A stretch of 64,000 bases of DNA from Escherichia coli (GCF_016026235.1 NZ_CP065613.1); one strand, 5' to 3'; positions 33,680 through 43,363 are shown, counted from the stretch's first letter. The notes: generated by a model from the sequence alone, not told the origin. A program made the numbers and translations.

Positions 33680-34054
33680 GGAGTTTACTCACATCTGACA
33701 AAATCAATATAAACAGCCCCTCCGGAGAGGGGCTGGAGAGTGGCGCTATGTGCCATTGCATGGTGCCGGGTGCCTCCCGGTGAATTCAGTACCAGCACCT
33801 GAATCCGCGATTATCCCATATACCTACTCGCTGATTGCCCCTCCGCACAGGGGGATTCACCATGCCAGTTTCTTTTAACAAACTCCCCGCAAACCAGACA
33901 ACAGTCAACCGCCTGAATTGTGAAGTATTTAAAAATTTCTCCCGCTAACTGATACCCGGCTAACAGTCTGGCGTTTTCTTTTTCAGCAACGGGAAAGCAA
34001 CAACCCTGTTATCGTGTCGTCTGCTCTTCCTGATAAGCTAATGGCGGTTTGTGA

Positions 34055-34130
34055 TGGTGGCCCTTGCTGGATTTGAACCAGCGACCTGGCGATTATGAGT
34101 CGCTCGCTCTCACCACTGAGCTAAAGGGCC
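34055..34130 (-). tRNA. tRNA with CAU anticodon (Ile2-type or Met)
   Basis: 76-nt cloverleaf: acceptor GGCCCTT/AAGGGCC, T-loop TTCAAAT, encoded CCA; close to recalled E. coli ileX. Confidence 0.85.
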
Positions 34131-34273
34131 GGGAGCAGAATAATAACGGTCCGTAATTAATTCCGCAATAAAAAACCCGCTCGGCGGCGGGTTGTAGAAA
34201 CTCTTCTAACGTCAGGCATAAAACGCCCATAGTTATGACGAATTTACCACAGATTCCGGAAAAATCAACCTTG

Positions 34274-35095
34274 TTACCTAGTTACCTTTTTTAACTGCCG
34301 CTCAGCCCATGCTTCTTCAATATCAAACCGGGTCACCAGCGCATCATAGAATTTCTTAACTGTTTTTTCCCATGACGCGCGTGTTATCTGGTTTGTCACC
34401 TCGCATATAGCATTAAATGCCTCCGTTGATGGTAGTCTTTCATAGCCACGACCACCACAACGCTGGCAGTCTCTGATAACAGGCATACCACGTTTTACCG
34501 ACTCTTCACGATGAATGGCGACACCACGCCCACGGCAATCCTTACAGGCGGTGGAAACCTCACCCTTTCCGCCACACTCCGGACAGGCAACTTTTACCAC
34601 CTCCCTGACTTTTTTCCATTCTTCCCAGTAAGACGGATACACACCTTTCGTACACTTTGCCCATACCGGCGGCTTACCATCCGGATACTGGACCTTGTTT
34701 GTAAAAACTACGCTTTCAATAAATTTTTCCCCATAGCAACAAGGGCACTGCTTTTTACTCGCTGCGCTGCGGGCATAATCCTCAAAAGCGTACGAAGCCA
34801 TAATGCGCATCACTACCGGTTTTATTTCTGCCGGAAGTTTTCTCAACGCCGCCACACGATCGCACCGACTGAGTGCATAATCAGCCAGTAATTCTGTTGC
34901 CCGCGCCCTGTCATTCATACTGATGCCCATTTTCCCCAGGAACGCAGAAAACCCCATCTCAGCCCGATTCTGTGTCATGCCCTGCGCGGCCATCACATCA
35001 GTGATACTCAGCGCATCTTTTGACGTTGAGGCCGATGCATCGGTCAGGCAAGGGGATTTTGGGGAGTAGTATTTCGGTAAATCTTCCAGTTTCAT
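34274..35095 (-). CDS. late antiterminator Q-like protein
   Basis: 273 aa with Cys clusters CPCCYG and CPECGGKG; followed by tRNA and lysis genes. Confidence 0.8.
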   Translation of the reverse strand: MKLEDLPKYYSPKSPCLTDASASTSKDALSITDVMAAQGMTQNRAEMGFSAFLGKMGISMNDRARATELLADYALSRCDRVAALRKLPAEIKPVVMRIMASYAFEDYARSAASKKQCPCCYGEKFIESVVFTNKVQYPDGKPPVWAKCTKGVYPSYWEEWKKVREVVKVACPECGGKGEVSTACKDCRGRGVAIHREESVKRGMPVIRDCQRCGGRGYERLPSTEAFNAICEVTNQITRASWEKTVKKFYDALVTRFDIEEAWAERQLKKVTR

Positions 35096-35466
35096 TTTTT
35101 GACCTGCTCTTCATGCATTATGGGGTAAATCTTCACCCCCAGACGTCCTCCAGATACTGGCTGACCACGAACGATATTGATTTCATCAAACTGCTCATCG
35201 TCCATTAACACTCCCGCATGTGTCAGTGCATCCAGTGGTGCTTTCAGGATATTGTCCAGGTCACGACGGCGCTTATCCGGTGGCTCTGCAATAATCTTTA
35301 TCGCCAGTCTTCCGGACAGGCTTAATTTCAGTCGCTGCTGACGGACAATAAGCGCCACATCCCGGCGATAACGCTCACCGGCTTTTGATACAAAATATGT
35401 GTTGTCACGACGTCGCCAGTAAGTATTCACCGTCGGCGGATAAGGTAAAATAAACTCATGGCGCAT
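35092..35466 (-). CDS. rusA: RusA-family Holliday junction resolvase
   Basis: 124 aa, MRHEFILPYPPTVNTYWRR...RRDLDNILKAPLDAL. Confidence 0.9.
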   Translation of the reverse strand: MRHEFILPYPPTVNTYWRRRDNTYFVSKAGERYRRDVALIVRQQRLKLSLSGRLAIKIIAEPPDKRRRDLDNILKAPLDALTHAGVLMDDEQFDEINIVRGQPVSGGRLGVKIYPIMHEEQVKK

Positions 35467-35723
35467 CAGCGCAGCACCTCCTGCACCAGTTTTTCAAACT
35501 TTCCGACTCTGGTTTCCAGCTCTGCCACACAGTCCACCAGCTCATCTACTGCTTTCTGTGCGCGATGCTTCGCCTGCATCAGTTCCCGAAGCGCGGGTAC
35601 CATATCTTTACGGATAGCATCTTTTGTTATGCCCGTTTTTTCGAGTTGTTCAGCATGACGCAGCATTTCCTGCGCGTGTTTACGCAATTGTTCAGGGGTA
35701 AAAGTCATTGTCTGGTTGTTCAA
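35466..35723 (-). CDS. hypothetical coiled-coil protein
   Basis: 85 aa between helicase and rusA. Confidence 0.5.
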   Translation of the reverse strand: MNNQTMTFTPEQLRKHAQEMLRHAEQLEKTGITKDAIRKDMVPALRELMQAKHRAQKAVDELVDCVAELETRVGKFEKLVQEVLR

Positions 35724-36753
35724 AAGAAACGCTCCATCTTACTGCTGTCAGTTCGTTTATTACTGTATCTGCGCGGATTGCCGGGCTTCATGGGAGTGGA
35801 AAGCACCCGTGCACTTTCCTGGTCCACAGGCAGAAAATGTCCGTTATAAAAACGCCGGTAAATCGTTCCCAGAGAACCGTTACGTTGTTTCGTGATATTG
35901 ATTTCTGCGATGCCCCTGGCCTGCGTATCCGGGTTGTACACTTCATCCCTGTAAAGCATCAGAATGATGTCTGCATCCGCCTCTATTTCTCCGGAATTTT
36001 TCAGGTCTGAGTTCATGGGACGTTTATTGGGTCTGGACTCCACACCGCGGGAGAGCTGGCTCAGCGCAATCAACGGAAAACCACCGGATTTTGCCAGGCC
36101 TTTAAGCCCCTTTGAGATTTCACCCACGGCAAGGTCATGACGCCCCGTGGTTCGGGTTTTTATCAGCCCGAGATAATCAACCACCACCAGCGCCGTTTCC
36201 GGATGTTTAATCAGATGGTGTTTCGTTGTTGCGCATATCTCATCAATGGTCAGGTTCGCCTGGTCCACCATCCAGATATTGCGCCCGGTCATCCGCCCCA
36301 CCCCTTGTGAGAAACGCGCCCAGTCTTCATCTTCAAAGTGAGCCACAGATTTCAGGCGTGATACTGGCATCCCTCCAGCCGCAGACACCATACGTTCACC
36401 AATCTGGATGTTCGCCATCTCCATGGTGAACAGAAGCACACCATGCCCCTGCTCAGTCACCTTGTCGATGATGTCCAGCGCAAGTTCGGTTTTCCCCATC
36501 GAAGGACGAGCCGCAATAAATACCAGGTCGCCGGGCTCCATGCCGCCTGTTTTTGCGTCCAGTTCATCAATACCGGTCATCAACGTCCTGGATTTCTCCA
36601 GTCCCTGATTCCGGCATTCAACACGCTCAACCACCTCCGGAAGCACATCATCAATATGTACCGACTGAATAACGCCCTTTTCCGTCGACAATGAGGCCAT
36701 CATGTTCTGTGCATCCTTAAGAGCATCTTCAGCTGCTTCACAGGTATGCGCAT
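35720..36753 (-). pseudogene. DnaB-like replicative helicase, C-terminal part (split by IS600)
   Basis: Walker A AARPSMGKTELAL; first 16 residues of ORF come from the IS600 end. Confidence 0.8.
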
Positions 36754-36817
36754 TGAGGTAGCCTGAGTTTAACGGACACTCCTTCCTGAAATAGAATGGC
36801 ATCAGAAGGAGCTAATA

Positions 36818-37120
36818 ATGAGCAGAAAAAACCAACGTTACTCTAAAGAGTTCAAAGCCGAAGCTGTCAGAACGGTTCTTGAAAATCAACTTTCGATCAG
36901 TGAAGGCGCTTCCCGATTATCCCTTCCTGAAGGCACTTTAGGACAATGGGTTACCGCCGCCAGAAAAGGGCTCGGTACTCCTGGTTCCCGCACGGTGGCT
37001 GAACTGGAATCTGAAATTCTGCAACTGCGTAAGGCGTTAAATGAAGCTCGCCTTGAGCGAGATATATTAAAAAAAGCAACAGCGTATTTTGCACAGGAGT
37101 CGCTGAAAAATACGCGTTAA
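36818..37120 (+). CDS. IS600 OrfA
   Basis: 100 aa HTH protein MSRKNQRYSKEFKAEAV. Confidence 0.9.
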   Translation: MSRKNQRYSKEFKAEAVRTVLENQLSISEGASRLSLPEGTLGQWVTAARKGLGTPGSRTVAELESEILQLRKALNEARLERDILKKATAYFAQESLKNTR

Positions 37121-37155
37121 TCGAACAATGGCGACAACAATTTCCCATTGAAGCG

Positions 37156-37974
37156 ATGTGTCAGGTATTTGGTGTATCCAGGAGCGGTTATTACAACTGG
37201 GTACAGCATGAACCCTCAGACAGAAAACAAAGTGATGAGCGGCTAAAACTGGAGATTAAGGTGGCACATATCCGCACTCGCGAAACATATGGAACCCGGC
37301 GGCTCCAGACGGAGCTGGCAGAGAATGGCATCATCGTTGGTCGTGACCGACTGGCACGTCTTCGTAAGGAGCTAAGGCTACGCTGTAAGCAGAAACGCAA
37401 GTTCAGAGCGACTACGAACCCGAACCACAATCTGCCAGTTGCGCCAAATCTGCTGAACCAGACGTTCGCTCCTACAGCACCAAATCAGGTCTGGGTGGCG
37501 GACCTGACGTATGTTGCCACACAGGAGGGATGGTTGTACCTCGCTGGCATCAAAGATGTTTATACGTGCGAAATTGTCGGCTACGCCATGGGAGAGCGCA
37601 TGACAAAAGAGCTGACAGGTAAAGCCCTGTTTATGGCGCTCAGGAGCCAGCGCCCACCTGCCGGGCTAATCCACCACTCTGATCGAGGTTCACAGTACTG
37701 CGCATACGATTACCGGGTCATACAGGAGCAGTCTGGTCTGAAAACATCAATGTCGCGTAAAGGTAACTGTTACGACAACGCTCCGATGGAAAGCTTCTGG
37801 GGAACGCTGAAAAATGAGAGCCTGAGCCACTATCGTTTTAATAACCGGGATGAAGCCATCTCAGTAATACGGGAATACATTGAGATTTTCTACAATCGTC
37901 AGCGTCGTCACTCTCGTCTGGGGAATATCTCCCCGGCAGCCTTCAGGGAAAAATATCATCAGATGGCTGCTTAA
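37156..37974 (+). CDS. IS600 OrfB (DDE transposase; made as OrfAB by -1 frameshift)
   Basis: 272-aa ORF; A-run AAAAAAAG near orfA 3' end. Confidence 0.9.
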   Translation: MCQVFGVSRSGYYNWVQHEPSDRKQSDERLKLEIKVAHIRTRETYGTRRLQTELAENGIIVGRDRLARLRKELRLRCKQKRKFRATTNPNHNLPVAPNLLNQTFAPTAPNQVWVADLTYVATQEGWLYLAGIKDVYTCEIVGYAMGERMTKELTGKALFMALRSQRPPAGLIHHSDRGSQYCAYDYRVIQEQSGLKTSMSRKGNCYDNAPMESFWGTLKNESLSHYRFNNRDEAISVIREYIEIFYNRQRRHSRLGNISPAAFREKYHQMAA

Positions 37975-38017
37975 AAAAAGAACAAATGGTAGTGTCCGCT
38001 ATTGCCAGTACACCTCA

Positions 38018-38378
38018 CATCGCGTAATTTCTGTAATGCCTCGTTCAGTGTTTTTTCTGCATCGCGCAGTGCGGCATTGCGCCGCAACGCTGCAACATAG
38101 TGCTCCAGTGAAGACTTCACCCAGGTTTTACGCCCGGTATCAGTAATCACCGGGGCAAGTTCTGGCATCTCATTGCACAACAGCACAGGATCAATCACGC
38201 CGGACACACGGGCCTGTCTGCAGATGCCTGTGTAGATATCCCGGTACGGTCGTACAGAAAAAACGTCCGCCGGTAGTGTGGCCAGAATATCCATCACTTC
38301 AGGATCTGCTCCGCGCAGAAAGAACGCGCCGATGACAGCGCCTTCAAGGTCATCGTTACGCCATACTGGAGTTGTCAT
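38018..38378 (-). pseudogene. DnaB-like helicase, N-terminal part
   Basis: ORF 37971..38378 minus IS-derived tail. Confidence 0.7.
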
Positions 38379-39262
38379 GCAGCCACACCTCTGATACGAG
38401 AACGGTAACTGGGCCAGTTAAACGACAACCAGTTGCGTCCCCCGTCTGTGATCCTGTCGGCAATTCGGGGACTGATGAACGCCCACAACTCTTCCGGTGA
38501 GAGGTTACTGATCAGAATGGTGGGCAAGATACTTTCGTACCTGGCGTTGATAATTTCCTGCAAAATAGCCATTTCAGCCGCGCTGCCAAACTGAACGCCA
38601 ACTTCGTCGATGATCAGCAAATCCATTGACGCATAACGCTCAATAACTTCATCCGCTGTTTTTTCGCTGTCATTCCGCCAGCAATTTTTCACAGCACGGG
38701 TAAGGCGCATCACGTCGGTGATCTCCACACTGGCCAGATAGTTACGGATGATGTGTTTTGCCATAGCCACAGCCAGATGATTTTTTCCGGTACCACAACT
38801 GCCGGTCATAACAAGACTGGTACCGTTCTCCAGCATATCTGGCCAGTTCTCCGCATAGCGGCGACAGGCCGCAAGATTTCTGGCTGCGTCAGGATTAACC
38901 TCCAGATAATTATCAAACTCGCAGTCCCGAAAACGCAGGGCAATTCCGGCGTTATCAGTCAGCTCTTCCGCCTTGATGGACGACAGCTCCATGGTCAAAT
39001 CGTTGGCCTCAGCGATTAAGCAGTCAGGGCAGCATGAAATTTTTTCTCTGTCCTCGCCATTACGATCGCTCCACACCAGTATATGCGTGTGATATTCGCC
39101 ATGTTTTTCGCAATATCCGCGACCTTCACGCATCAGGCAGGAACGATAAGGCCATGGCTTTTCGCCCTTCTGAGCAAATGCAATCTCTGCCCGTAACTCA
39201 TCCATTCGCGCCTGTAGTCTTTTTTGTTGTTCACGCAGGTTAAACGTCATCATCGCTGTCAC
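38375..39262 (-). CDS. DnaC-like helicase loader ATPase
   Basis: Walker A GSCGTGKNHLAVAMA, Walker B LLIIDEVG. Confidence 0.85.
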   Translation of the reverse strand: MTAMMTFNLREQQKRLQARMDELRAEIAFAQKGEKPWPYRSCLMREGRGYCEKHGEYHTHILVWSDRNGEDREKISCCPDCLIAEANDLTMELSSIKAEELTDNAGIALRFRDCEFDNYLEVNPDAARNLAACRRYAENWPDMLENGTSLVMTGSCGTGKNHLAVAMAKHIIRNYLASVEITDVMRLTRAVKNCWRNDSEKTADEVIERYASMDLLIIDEVGVQFGSAAEMAILQEIINARYESILPTILISNLSPEELWAFISPRIADRITDGGRNWLSFNWPSYRSRIRGVAA

Positions 39263-39263
39263 C

Positions 39264-40178
39264 TCAGAATGTCAGTTTGTCACTGGATTTACCGAATTTG
39301 TCAGACATGGCTCCCAGGCCAGCCAGGACATCGACCTGTCGCTGTCGCCCACCTCCGGGAGCGGCTGGCTGTTGCCAGAAGTCTTCGAAGTGACGATCGG
39401 GTCCAAAGAACGTCGCTGCCTGCTTCACGAACTGTGTGCCGTTATTTCCTGTGGCACGTATCCAGGCGGCATACCGCTTCACGCCATCAAGCATGGTCTC
39501 CGGTTTTATTCCCTCCCTGATACGGGCTTTCCAGGCTTTGAAGGCTGCGGATTTTGAGTTACCACCAGCACGTTTTGGATATTCCTGCCAGGCCTGTTCA
39601 AATTCCGGTGAATATTCCTGTCGGGCAGAACGCGCTGGTGCAGACGCGTCAGCGGATGCGCCAATAGTGTTTTTACTCTCTGTAGTATTCTCTGAAGTAA
39701 TCTCTGTTGTATTCTCTGTAAGATCGAAATTGGTTTTCCCTTCTCCGCGGCGAGGGGTTTCCCGTGTCCGCGGTGAAGGCTTTCCCTCCTCCGCGAAATT
39801 GGGTTTTACAGTTTCCCGAAAACGGGTTTCCCCATTTCGGGAAAACTGATTGTTTTCATTGATAATTTCATTAAGGCGCTCACAATCTATACGGTAGAAC
39901 ATTTTGTGCTCAAGACGCTTGTTGGTTTCAACCAAAATGCCTCTGGACACAAGATGCTTACGCGCTACAGCCTGTTGTTCAAATGTAAGTCCGGTTTCGT
40001 GTTGTATCTCTTCACGCGTTTTATGTACGCCTTCCGCTGCATGTGCTTTATCCTGCCAGTAAAAAATCTGACCAAAGAAAATAACAGCGTGCGGACTTCC
40101 CATGTATTTAACGAGCCCAGGGTAATAAGCAACCGGATGTCCAAAATCGAGCAGAAGATCAGACGGACGCATAGCCAC
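39264..40178 (-). CDS. replication initiation protein (lambda O-like role)
   Basis: Contains iteron array in its middle; precedes DnaC/DnaB-like genes. Confidence 0.7.
   Translation of the reverse strand: MAMRPSDLLLDFGHPVAYYPGLVKYMGSPHAVIFFGQIFYWQDKAHAAEGVHKTREEIQHETGLTFEQQAVARKHLVSRGILVETNKRLEHKMFYRIDCERLNEIINENNQFSRNGETRFRETVKPNFAEEGKPSPRTRETPRRGEGKTNFDLTENTTEITSENTTESKNTIGASADASAPARSARQEYSPEFEQAWQEYPKRAGGNSKSAAFKAWKARIREGIKPETMLDGVKRYAAWIRATGNNGTQFVKQAATFFGPDRHFEDFWQQPAAPGGGRQRQVDVLAGLGAMSDKFGKSSDKLTF
39676..39845. repeat. origin-like iterons inside replication gene
   Basis: Three ~12-bp CTCTG(T/A)(A/T)GTA(T/A)T units, then GGTTTTCCCTTCTCCGCGG / GGGTTTCCCGTGTCCGCGG / GGCTTTCCCTCCTCCGCG, then inverted TTTCCCGAAAAC units. 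Confidence 0.6.
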
Positions 40179-40392
40179 CTCCCAGGCGTTTAAACATTTT
40201 TCCGGACTGAAACGCCACCAGCGGATAACTCAGGGTATGAGTACGTCCCTGAACCTGGCAGACAACCTTCTGGCTTTCTGTATTGACCAGGCAAACCCGC
40301 AGAACGTGGCCGTTGCTGGTGGTGAACCACTGCCCCACTCGGGGGCAACGGTTGTATCGGTGATACAGGGAATTAACGATGCGGCGAATCAT
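40159..40392 (-). CDS. hypothetical small protein
   Basis: 77 aa; ATGA-coupled to Rha stop. Confidence 0.35.
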   Translation of the reverse strand: MIRRIVNSLYHRYNRCPRVGQWFTTSNGHVLRVCLVNTESQKVVCQVQGRTHTLSYPLVAFQSGKMFKRLGGGYASV

Positions 40393-40952
40393 GGACGCAC
40401 CTCCTTGTCAGAACCATTCAGCCTGGAATCAACAAGTGCAGCACCAAAAACAGCATCACCTACACGGTCGTACAGTTTGCTGGCCAGCGGAGATTCAACA
40501 GCCTTAAGCATTGGGTAAAGCTGGCTTGTCCAGATTTGATGGATTTCACGCAAATGCAGGTATACGCCTCTGGCGTTTTGTGCGACAGATGACATGTCAG
40601 CCGCACCAGCTCCTGATAAGCTCCTCTCCATCTGGTTAAAGGCATTGATGTATGCCTCTTTGAACCGGGCGGCACGTTTACCAGTGAAGCCCATAGCAAG
40701 GAAGGCGAAGCCGTCGCGGGTGATTTGGTAGCAGGGAAGTTTGCGAGTACCGCCGTTGGGCTGGCGTACCAAAATTGATGTCTCCGCAAAATTGCGGGCA
40801 CAAAACTCTGGAGAACAATCCAAAATGCGGATCTTTTTCAGAACATCGTCATGACGTTTAGAGAAGAAGTTGGCAACAGCCAGGGATGAAGTAACAGCCT
40901 GACCATCAACGATGGCAATTTCAGGTTGAGTGAGGGTTGGGATCGTAGCCAT
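40389..40952 (-). CDS. Rha-family phage regulatory protein
   Basis: 187 aa from MATIPTLTQPEIAIVDGQ; C-terminus DGFAFLAMGFTGKRAARFKEAYINAFNQME. Confidence 0.7.
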   Translation of the reverse strand: MATIPTLTQPEIAIVDGQAVTSSLAVANFFSKRHDDVLKKIRILDCSPEFCARNFAETSILVRQPNGGTRKLPCYQITRDGFAFLAMGFTGKRAARFKEAYINAFNQMERSLSGAGAADMSSVAQNARGVYLHLREIHQIWTSQLYPMLKAVESPLASKLYDRVGDAVFGAALVDSRLNGSDKEVRP

Positions 40953-41264
40953 GATGGCAGCCTCTTTGGTGATTTTTAATAACTCACCACCAAAGCTTCT
41001 CACGGCAATAGGTGGTGAGACGTACAGGGGTGAGAAACCGGTCACCAAAGAACCCGGCCCAACCGAAGTTGGCCCTGCACGCCCCACCATAATTTGGGCG
41101 TAATGCTGCTCATGACACAAAAAAACCGCAAGAGCGCGGTTGTGCGCTTTGGTGAATTCCGGGTTCTCACGCCCGGCACCCGCTTTATAAGGTGCGGAGA
41201 CAGTGTAACGTCCCGAAATTGCAGAATCAATATCAAAATGTTGTAGCTGTGGACAACGCGAAGC

Positions 41265-41288
41265 CTTGTTGTTATTGTTTACAACAAG
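41265..41288. promoter_or_regulatory. palindrome CTTGTTGT-N8-ACAACAAG upstream of the 41307 operon
   Basis: Perfect 8-bp inverted repeat about 20 bp before GAGGAAG RBS. Confidence 0.4.
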
Positions 41289-41306
41289 AACCAGAGGAAG
41301 CTTTAA

Positions 41307-41594
41307 ATGCCATCCAGACTGTATAAACAGTTCATCCGTCATCTCGGTGAATCTGAATACATACGAATCCGCATATGGGAAGTGGAGCCTGCTGTATTGG
41401 GTAGCCAGCACAACTACAAATACAGCATGGCTTATGTCGTTGATGGCATGTGTGTGATGCGTTACGACAACGAACGGGGTAAAGGCGATCACAAACACAT
41501 TGGTAGTCAGGAAGTCAGCACCAGCTTTGTCACCATTGAACAACTGCTCGCTGATTTTCTGGCTGACGTTGAATCCATCCGCAGAGGTATCTGA
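41307..41594 (+). CDS. hypothetical protein, first gene of TA-like pair
   Basis: 95 aa; RBS GAGGAAG; stop 1 nt before next ATG. Confidence 0.6.
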   Translation: MPSRLYKQFIRHLGESEYIRIRIWEVEPAVLGSQHNYKYSMAYVVDGMCVMRYDNERGKGDHKHIGSQEVSTSFVTIEQLLADFLADVESIRRGI

Positions 41595-41595
41595 C

Positions 41596-41955
41596 ATGAG
41601 AACCGTAACAATCCGAATCGAGTCAATGGATAATTTCACGGCTGATGTGCTGTCTGCGTTCCAGGAAGCAGCTACCGGAGCAAAAGCAACCAGAGAAAAC
41701 GTTATTTCATTTCCTGACTGGCAAATGATGCATAAGGTACTGACACCAAAACGCATGGACATTCTGATGGCAATGACTGGTGCCGGAGAAATGTCCATCC
41801 GAAAAATTGCAGCCCTGGTTGGACGTGATGTAAAAAGCGTGCATACTGACGTGACCGCACTCATCAGCAACGGTTTACTGGAAAAAAGCGAGCGCGGAAC
41901 GTCATTCCCGTATGACGACATCCACTTTGATTTTACGCTGGGCAAGGCGGCGTAA
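41596..41955 (+). CDS. winged-helix DNA-binding protein, second gene of pair
   Basis: 120 aa; HTH-like MSIRKIAALVGRDVKSVHTDVTALISNGLL. Confidence 0.6.
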   Translation: MRTVTIRIESMDNFTADVLSAFQEAATGAKATRENVISFPDWQMMHKVLTPKRMDILMAMTGAGEMSIRKIAALVGRDVKSVHTDVTALISNGLLEKSERGTSFPYDDIHFDFTLGKAA

Positions 41956-42172
41956 TTTTTCGTATATACCGTGCCGTCATTCCGGCGGCGCTTCACACTC
42001 CACAAAATCACGCCTGAACAACCACAACGGGCTGAAACATTCGTACGGATAGCCGTCACGCAGGTAAATGACTCGCTGCGTTTCAGACTCCCAGCGTATA
42101 ACGTGGACACGACGCCCCCTTCCGTCACGGAACCAGCGATTGAGGACTTGCATAAATTACCCGTAAACATTG

Positions 42173-42886
42173 TCACACCTTCCAGCCAGTAGCCTGAAAC
42201 AGGCCCATTCTCGGGTGATACCAGCGGGTACCACGCTGAACGGCACCACACATCATGTGATGAAACGCCTTCAGAAACGGTTCCACAGCAACAATTTCAC
42301 GACGTGCCAGTAATCCATCTGGCGTCAAAAATTCATGAGTGTCTGTCGGGATGTTGTATGCATTTACAAGCGTGCGACATTTCGCATCTGACATACCGGT
42401 TTTTGCTTTCAGCTGGCGATATCCGGCATAGCCCTCTCGAATGGTACCCTTTTTGATTTGCTCAACTGTTTCGGCTACGTGGCTGATTTTTTCTTCCACC
42501 TGAGTGATCCGTTTCTGCTGACGAACAGCCTCGAGCGCCATTGCGGCCACCATTTCGATTTCGCTCATTGGTTTGCGGATCTGTTCTTCCAGTTCGCGCC
42601 AGCGATCTACCAGGCGAGCAGTGAATTCAGGACAGAGCTGTGCGACGACAATGATGCTGTCGCGCTTACCTTGTTCTCCTTCAAACAGGTAATGCTCATA
42701 TTGAACTTTAAAACCTAAGTTATTGATTCTTTCGGAAACCTCAATTTGAGGAGACCGGACAACGCCACCTTTGGCTAATGTTTCAATAGTGCGTTTCACA
42801 TTGTCATGACGCTTACCCACCAGTTCTGCGATCTCAACGCTGGTCATGGATGCTTTGTCGTTAAAAATTGCGGTGTTCACTGCCAT
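42173..42886 (-). CDS. phage antirepressor/Rha-like regulatory protein
   Basis: 237 aa from MAVNTAIFNDKASMTSVEIAELVGKRHDNVKR; GGAG RBS. Confidence 0.65.
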   Translation of the reverse strand: MAVNTAIFNDKASMTSVEIAELVGKRHDNVKRTIETLAKGGVVRSPQIEVSERINNLGFKVQYEHYLFEGEQGKRDSIIVVAQLCPEFTARLVDRWRELEEQIRKPMSEIEMVAAMALEAVRQQKRITQVEEKISHVAETVEQIKKGTIREGYAGYRQLKAKTGMSDAKCRTLVNAYNIPTDTHEFLTPDGLLARREIVAVEPFLKAFHHMMCGAVQRGTRWYHPRMGLFQATGWKV

Positions 42887-42999
42887 CTCCTTACGGATAA
42901 ATTCTTTTAAGATTCCGCACATTCGTACTTGTTGGTGCCGAACCTTCCTTCAGTTATCCTTTTGATCCCTATAAACAAAAGAACCAAAGGAGGTTCGAC

Positions 43000-43293
43000 A
43001 TGAAAGTTCAGGCCGTTGGTTTATTCTGGTTTCGCGATGCGATTCAGTATCATGAGCTCAAAAATATTTTTACTGATGCTGATGTGCTCTCCGACAGTTA
43101 CACCGAGTGGAAACACGACGCTGAAAAATTGATTAAGCGTGTCGAAAGAAGCGGGCAACGAGTTATTAAAGTTGAAGCGGATACAGCCGAGTTCATCACC
43201 TGGTGTACAAGCGAAGGCATTGGACTCAATGCCGAAGGTAGAATGCAGTTCGCATCCTTTAAGGCTTACCAACAACTTCTCAGCGAACGCTAA
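43000..43293 (+). CDS. hypothetical protein
   Basis: 97 aa; strong AAAGGAGGT RBS; competes with antisense ORF 43021..43374. Confidence 0.45.
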   Translation: MKVQAVGLFWFRDAIQYHELKNIFTDADVLSDSYTEWKHDAEKLIKRVERSGQRVIKVEADTAEFITWCTSEGIGLNAEGRMQFASFKAYQQLLSER

Positions 43294-43363
43294 TGTGATT
43301 GGGGCAATCGAAATTGTTGCCCCATCGTATTTAATAGTTATTTTTTCGCTCATATCACCACCA

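Larger units (their letters stand above)
36754..38017 (+). mobile_element. IS600 (IS3 family), copy 1
   Basis: 1264 bp TGAGGTAG...CACCTCA; orfA/orfB pair; 3-bp duplication CAT. Confidence 0.9.

Noticed and set aside
33700-34054. Possible additional tRNA genes or remnants next to the CAU tRNA
   Set aside because: No GGTTCGAATCC-type T-loop or acceptor-stem pairing found; only GC-rich palindromes.
40953-42251. Upstream 433 codons of the 620-aa minus-strand ORF
   Set aside because: Only the last 187 codons (Rha protein from MATIPTL) look genuine; the rest overlaps the better-supported plus-strand gene pair and has odd composition.
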